A stretch of DNA of 64,000 bases from Promethearchaeota archaeon (GTDB lineage Archaea; Asgardarchaeota; Lokiarchaeia; Sigyniarchaeales; SOKP01): the NCBI GenBank assembly GCA_048940925.1, contig JBHLOC010000026.1, positions 1 through 64,000 of the forward strand. The letters are read 5' to 3'. Shown here one piece after another: positions 59,822 to 64,000 of the stretch. The number at the start of each line of letters is the position of its first letter. The first letter of the stretch is position 1. The translations under genes and the position numbers were made by a program. The notes beneath the pieces were generated by a model that was given only the letters and a program-made list of their open reading frames with translations, searched no databases and was not told the DNA's origin.

Positions 59822-60580
59822 TCACCATTTTATTTTTGGTCTTGAAAAACGATAAAATAAATCGTTGTAATTTTTCAAATCTTCAGAAAAATGAATTAAA
59901 CTTAAAAGATTGATAATATTTGACGTAAAATCTTTTGAAACAGGTCCCATACAACCTTCACACGGAATTCCATATTCTATACATTTATATTCACATCCTT
60001 CACGAGTTATGGGGCCTAAACATAAAATTCCTCTTTTTAAAAAGCATTCTGTTTCTTTATCATCAAGATTAATTTCGTTCAAATTAGGGTTAATTTTATT
60101 TATTTCATTAAAAAAATTAATCTTAACTTCCTCTCTTAATGGACAACCAGCACACATATTTTTTTCAGACAACTTAGCATCCTTGTTTTCTATTAATCTA
60201 ATTAAAAAATTTCCAAATAGCTTTATTGGTGGAGGACAGCCAGGTATTATTCCCTCAATCTCAATATAACTAGAGATTGGTTCCGCGATAATTGACCTTG
60301 AAAGACTTAGGATCCCTCCGAATGCTGCACAAGAACCTAATGCATAGACCTTTTTAGCACTTTTTCGGATTTTTTTTAGAAGTGGAATTTCTTTTTCATT
60401 AGAAAGACAACCTTCTATCAGTGCAATATCACAATCTTCGATTTTCTCAGCATCGGAAATAAATGGGAAATAAATAATCCTTGTTCTTTCAAGGAATTGA
60501 GGAAAAATGTCTAATGAAATTAAAGTTGAGATGCAGCCACTGCATGATGTGAGAGAGGCGATAATAATTTTAGGCTTCAA
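59822..60580 (-). CDS. [NiFe]-hydrogenase small subunit (MvhG-like); probable TTG start at 60580
   Basis: SCSGC, GSCA.FGGI, PGCPP, CFL..G..CLGP.T..GC...C......CEGC.GP; GAGGAG RBS. Confidence 0.9.
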   Translation of the reverse strand: MKPKIIIASLTSCSGCISTLISLDIFPQFLERTRIIYFPFISDAEKIEDCDIALIEGCLSNEKEIPLLKKIRKSAKKVYALGSCAAFGGILSLSRSIIAEPISSYIEIEGIIPGCPPPIKLFGNFLIRLIENKDAKLSEKNMCAGCPLREEVKINFFNEINKINPNLNEINLDDKETECFLKRGILCLGPITREGCEYKCIEYGIPCEGCMGPVSKDFTSNIINLLSLIHFSEDLKNYNDLFYRFSRPKIKW

Positions 60581-63119
60581 ATTTAGTCTCCTCTGATAAT
60601 TGTAAATAAAAATTGTTAACGACTTCAGCAAACTTATTACCCTCAACAGCATTCATATGTTCAAGGATAATACGTTTGCTTAAATTCTCTCCTGATATAC
60701 TTTTTAATATTTTAATTTTATTTTCAATTTTTTCTATTCCATCAATATATCTACAAGCGTCTTTTCTGCAACCAATTATCATTACTCCATCAAATCCCAT
60801 TTCGAATGATTTAATAATGAAATTAGTATCAATCCTTCCTGTACAAGGAACTCGAATGATAAATATATTAGGATAATATGAAATTTTTTTTAAGCCAGCA
60901 TTATCAGCAGCAGCATAACCACAAGAGCGACAAGAAAAAGCAATTATTTTTGGACTTCTAGTAAATTGTGAAAAAACTTCAATTGTTTTAAGTATTTTTT
61001 CTGATGTATCTAAATTGAGATCTAATGCATTTGTTGGACAGATACTTACACATGTTCCACATCCTTTGCATTTAAATTTATCAATACTTACTTTATCAGA
61101 TTCTAGTGTAATAGCATTATAAGGGCAGATTTGTGAGCATAATCCACATAAACCACATTTACTTTCATCAAGTTCTATTCCAGAGAATTCTGCAATTAAA
61201 TGATCTTTGAAGAGTAATGAGATTACTTTTAATGCAACATTATTAACAGTGGAAATAGTAGAATTGTAATTTAATGGACCAAATATTGTTCCTACACCAT
61301 AAATTCCAGATGCTAATGTTTCTTCACTCATAAATCCATTATCATCTAAAGTAAAATCCATAACTTTTCTAAATCTTTTTAAATCTTTATTTGGGATAAA
61401 CTTTAGATTTAAAACGATTAGATCGCTAGGGAATTCGATATTATCAGCTATAACGTAATTTATATCTTTATTAGATTCAATAATAATTTTATCTGCATAT
61501 ATAAATGCAGGGTTAGTTGTTCTCAATAAAACTTTCTCTCTCTCTTTTAATTTACTTAAATCGTAAAAAATATTAACTTCACAATTAGGGTTTTTTATTT
61601 TAATATCCTCAATATACTTTTCTGCTAAATTTTCAGAATATTCAGCAAGATATTTTGAAGGTCCAATCTCTTGGATAATAGAAATCGAATTTATGGGTTT
61701 TTTATCAGATAATCTAAGAAGTTTCCCTTCAGTAATGCCATCAGAAGCTAATATCCGCTCAAATTCAGGAGAAGTTATAATATTTTTGTGTGGATCATAA
61801 TGATAAACCTCTAAATTGCTATAAAAGTCAGAACCAATAGCAATAACTTTCACACCAACTTTTATTTTGAGTTTTTCGTTTTTTTGAGTTAAATCTATTG
61901 CCTTATTAACACATGCTCGTTCACAAATTCTACAATTAAGACAATTTTTTATATCTTCTTCATCAATTATTGGGACATATGGATAAGAATGAATAAAGGG
62001 GATGTATATGACTTTCCGATTAGTTAAACCAAATTCATATTGATCTGGCTTTTCTATGCTACATACTTCAATACATTGTTTACATCCAGTACATTTTTTC
62101 ACATCTATATAACGGGGTTTTTTAATTAAATCAAGCGTGAAATCCCCCACTTCTCCTGATACATTTTCGATCTCAGTATTTGTAAAAACTTCTATATTTT
62201 TTTCATTTACTAATTCACTTATTAATTCAGAAATGAAACATATCGAACAATCGCCCATATTATGAATTCGGTGCCACCTGGCAACTTTTCCTCCTAATGT
62301 TGCCGATTTTTCGATAAGATATACTTTAATTCCAGCTTTAGCTAAATTTAAAGCAAGTGAAATCCCTGCAATCCCACCTCCTAAGATGGCACAGCTCTTT
62401 TCTATTTCGACTCTCTTAATTTTTACTTTTTTTTGTAGGTTAACTCGCTCAACAGCAGCTTCAATTAATAGTTTAGCTTTTTCTAAAGAAATTGAGGGCT
62501 CTATATCTTTTTCCTTAAATTCATGTACCCAACAACATTGTTCTCTAATATTTGCTATTTCTATATTTGGTCTATCAATAACTTCATCAAATATTCGTTC
62601 AAACAGAAGTTGATGTGTTCTCGGAGAACACGCTGCTATCACAATTTTATTTAAAAAATTATCTTTGACCCAATTGGTAATTTTAGGAAAATTTTTTTGT
62701 TGACATAAATTATCGAAAACTCTAACTGAAACAACATTTTTTAATTTATTTACATAATTTTCGAGAGATATAATATTAATCACTCTTGAAATTTCTGTAT
62801 TACAATTGCAGATTATAACTCCAATTCTGCTTATTTCGCTCCCTTTTGAATCTAAATACTCATCAATATATTCTCCAGAAAGGATTCTCTTATTAAGATT
62901 AAGAATTTTTAGTATACGTTTTCCATCCTCCGTAAGAAAATATGATTTTTTGTCTTTATCAATAAGTGAACTAAGTTTTTTAAGATGAAAATTCAATTGA
63001 CCCGTTGTTTCCAAACCTAATTTTTCCATTAGCTCTGTATACGGGATATAGCCTGCTTTTTCTAATAGTAGTAAAATTTTCCTTCTAAAAGGATGTGATA
63101 ATACAGAATATATATCCAT
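60570..63119 (-). CDS. Winged-helix (ArsR-like) domain-HdrA-like-MvhD fusion
   Basis: LSHPFRRKIL...TELMEKL....GQLNFHLKKL..L.......LTEDG; AACSPRTH, NIREQCCWVH, GGGIAG, four CxxCxxC motifs; MvhD FSCRSCGYAAAD, RVPCTGR, GC....CRY. Confidence 0.9.
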   Translation of the reverse strand: MDIYSVLSHPFRRKILLLLEKAGYIPYTELMEKLGLETTGQLNFHLKKLSSLIDKDKKSYFLTEDGKRILKILNLNKRILSGEYIDEYLDSKGSEISRIGVIICNCNTEISRVINIISLENYVNKLKNVVSVRVFDNLCQQKNFPKITNWVKDNFLNKIVIAACSPRTHQLLFERIFDEVIDRPNIEIANIREQCCWVHEFKEKDIEPSISLEKAKLLIEAAVERVNLQKKVKIKRVEIEKSCAILGGGIAGISLALNLAKAGIKVYLIEKSATLGGKVARWHRIHNMGDCSICFISELISELVNEKNIEVFTNTEIENVSGEVGDFTLDLIKKPRYIDVKKCTGCKQCIEVCSIEKPDQYEFGLTNRKVIYIPFIHSYPYVPIIDEEDIKNCLNCRICERACVNKAIDLTQKNEKLKIKVGVKVIAIGSDFYSNLEVYHYDPHKNIITSPEFERILASDGITEGKLLRLSDKKPINSISIIQEIGPSKYLAEYSENLAEKYIEDIKIKNPNCEVNIFYDLSKLKEREKVLLRTTNPAFIYADKIIIESNKDINYVIADNIEFPSDLIVLNLKFIPNKDLKRFRKVMDFTLDDNGFMSEETLASGIYGVGTIFGPLNYNSTISTVNNVALKVISLLFKDHLIAEFSGIELDESKCGLCGLCSQICPYNAITLESDKVSIDKFKCKGCGTCVSICPTNALDLNLDTSEKILKTIEVFSQFTRSPKIIAFSCRSCGYAAADNAGLKKISYYPNIFIIRVPCTGRIDTNFIIKSFEMGFDGVMIIGCRKDACRYIDGIEKIENKIKILKSISGENLSKRIILEHMNAVEGNKFAEVVNNFYLQLSEETKFEA

Positions 63120-63227
63120 TACTGAAATCCCTTCTTTTTTATTTTATTTCGAGTAAATAATTCTAAATTTATTAAAATTAAAATAGTAAGTTAAGCATTC
63201 AATATTGGAATTTCTATGTTACTTCTC

Positions 63228-64000
63228 TTAAATTGCTGAAACTTTTGATGAAGATTTCCATTGTATTATTTTATTTTTCATGATTTTATCTGTTCGCTCA
63301 ATTTTAGATCGTGAGAACTGGGTGATTTTTTCTTTTATTTCGTTTATATTGTTATCATCCAAATTTAGACATTCAATTACCCCTGAATTTATCATCTTTC
63401 TGATTAGATTTATTCCTTTTCTAGTACGAGTAATCACAGTTGTATATTTATCTAATGATCCTAATCCTCCAAAAGATATATCAGCATAAATATTAGAGAA
63501 ATCTCTGCAAGCTCCGCAAGCTGATCGCATGTAATTAGTTAACCTCTCAAAGGGAATATGCACCATTTTTTGAGTAGTTCCAGTATTTTTTAACTTAATA
63601 ATTAGATTTTCCTTAATGTTTATTTTTTCAATGTCTTTGAATTTAATATTAAACTGGTTCTCGAATTGTGTAACTTTAGGTCTATCAAAAAAGAAGTTCT
63701 CATAGCAAAATAACCCCAAACTAATATCAATATTTTCTGATGGAATTATTCTTAGATTCTGCATGCACCTGATGGTGTAAATCTGGCATGGTGTTCCAAC
63801 TAATGCTAGTTTCTTAAACCTATAACTCCTTAACTTAGGTAATGAGCTTGTATATGTGTGAAATTTTTGTAAAGTATCTAAATTTGAAGATAAATCTAAT
63901 TTAATGCCTGAAGAATTTATTAAGTCCTCTCTACTTTTAGCAATTATAGCTTCTCTCGAAAAGGGAGCCTGTGTTTTTGACACAATTGCCCCATCAATTA
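63228..64000 (-). CDS. FrhB/FdhB-family (F420-hydrogenase beta-like) subunit, 5'-truncated by window
   Basis: IDGAIVS, VGTPCQI, GLFCYENF, CGACRDF....ADISFGG, T.VITRT.KG. Confidence 0.88.
   Translation of the reverse strand, partial: IDGAIVSKTQAPFSREAIIAKSREDLINSSGIKLDLSSNLDTLQKFHTYTSSLPKLRSYRFKKLALVGTPCQIYTIRCMQNLRIIPSENIDISLGLFCYENFFFDRPKVTQFENQFNIKFKDIEKINIKENLIIKLKNTGTTQKMVHIPFERLTNYMRSACGACRDFSNIYADISFGGLGSLDKYTTVITRTRKGINLIRKMINSGVIECLNLDDNNINEIKEKITQFSRSKIERTDKIMKNKIIQWKSSSKVSAI

Noticed and set aside
8502-63489. Numerous short antisense ORFs in the track (e.g. 8502, 9084, 19321, 39895, 51544, 59910)
   Set aside because: Shadow frames opposite well-supported genes
1-64000. CRISPR arrays, rRNA, transposases, integrases, phage genes
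   Set aside because: No regularly spaced repeat-spacer pattern or diagnostic motifs seen

Overview
AT-rich archaeal chromosomal window, most consistent with an Asgard archaeon (Lokiarchaeia-like). The evidence is eukaryote-signature genes (RING-H2/TPR, two roadblock-small GTPase fusions), an archaeal histone, an Sm/Lsm gene, a BHB-intron tRNA and GGTGA/GGAGG ribosome-binding sites. The left half (1-33 kb) is mostly housekeeping and metabolic: thiC, thiD, leuB, eight acetyltransferases around a histone gene, MFS transporters, a PAS kinase, AOR with MoaDs, hydrolases, and tRNA-Arg(CCT) with a T-loop intron. The right half (33-64 kb) is an accessory redox/metal region with four parts. (i) An Orange-protein-like Fe-S/NifB-NifX cluster is tied together by a repeated palindrome ATGAATnATTATTCAT and a DUF134 HTH gene. 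(ii) An ~8 kb gdhA/two-component/Lrp/GltD island is inserted into that cluster between two copies of a ~190-bp repeat and carries its own operator, CGAA-N5-TTCG. (iii) A DtxR-feoAAB iron module. (iv) The best candidate for an undescribed system: a [NiFe]-hydrogenase gene cluster whose HdrA-MvhD subunit carries an N-terminal winged-helix DNA-binding domain and has lost the central Cys motif, followed by a decayed FrhB-TrmB(HTH) fusion. This suggests an H2/redox-sensing transcription complex. Several genes appear to start at ATA/ATC codons. All calls come from motif reading by eye; no searches were run.
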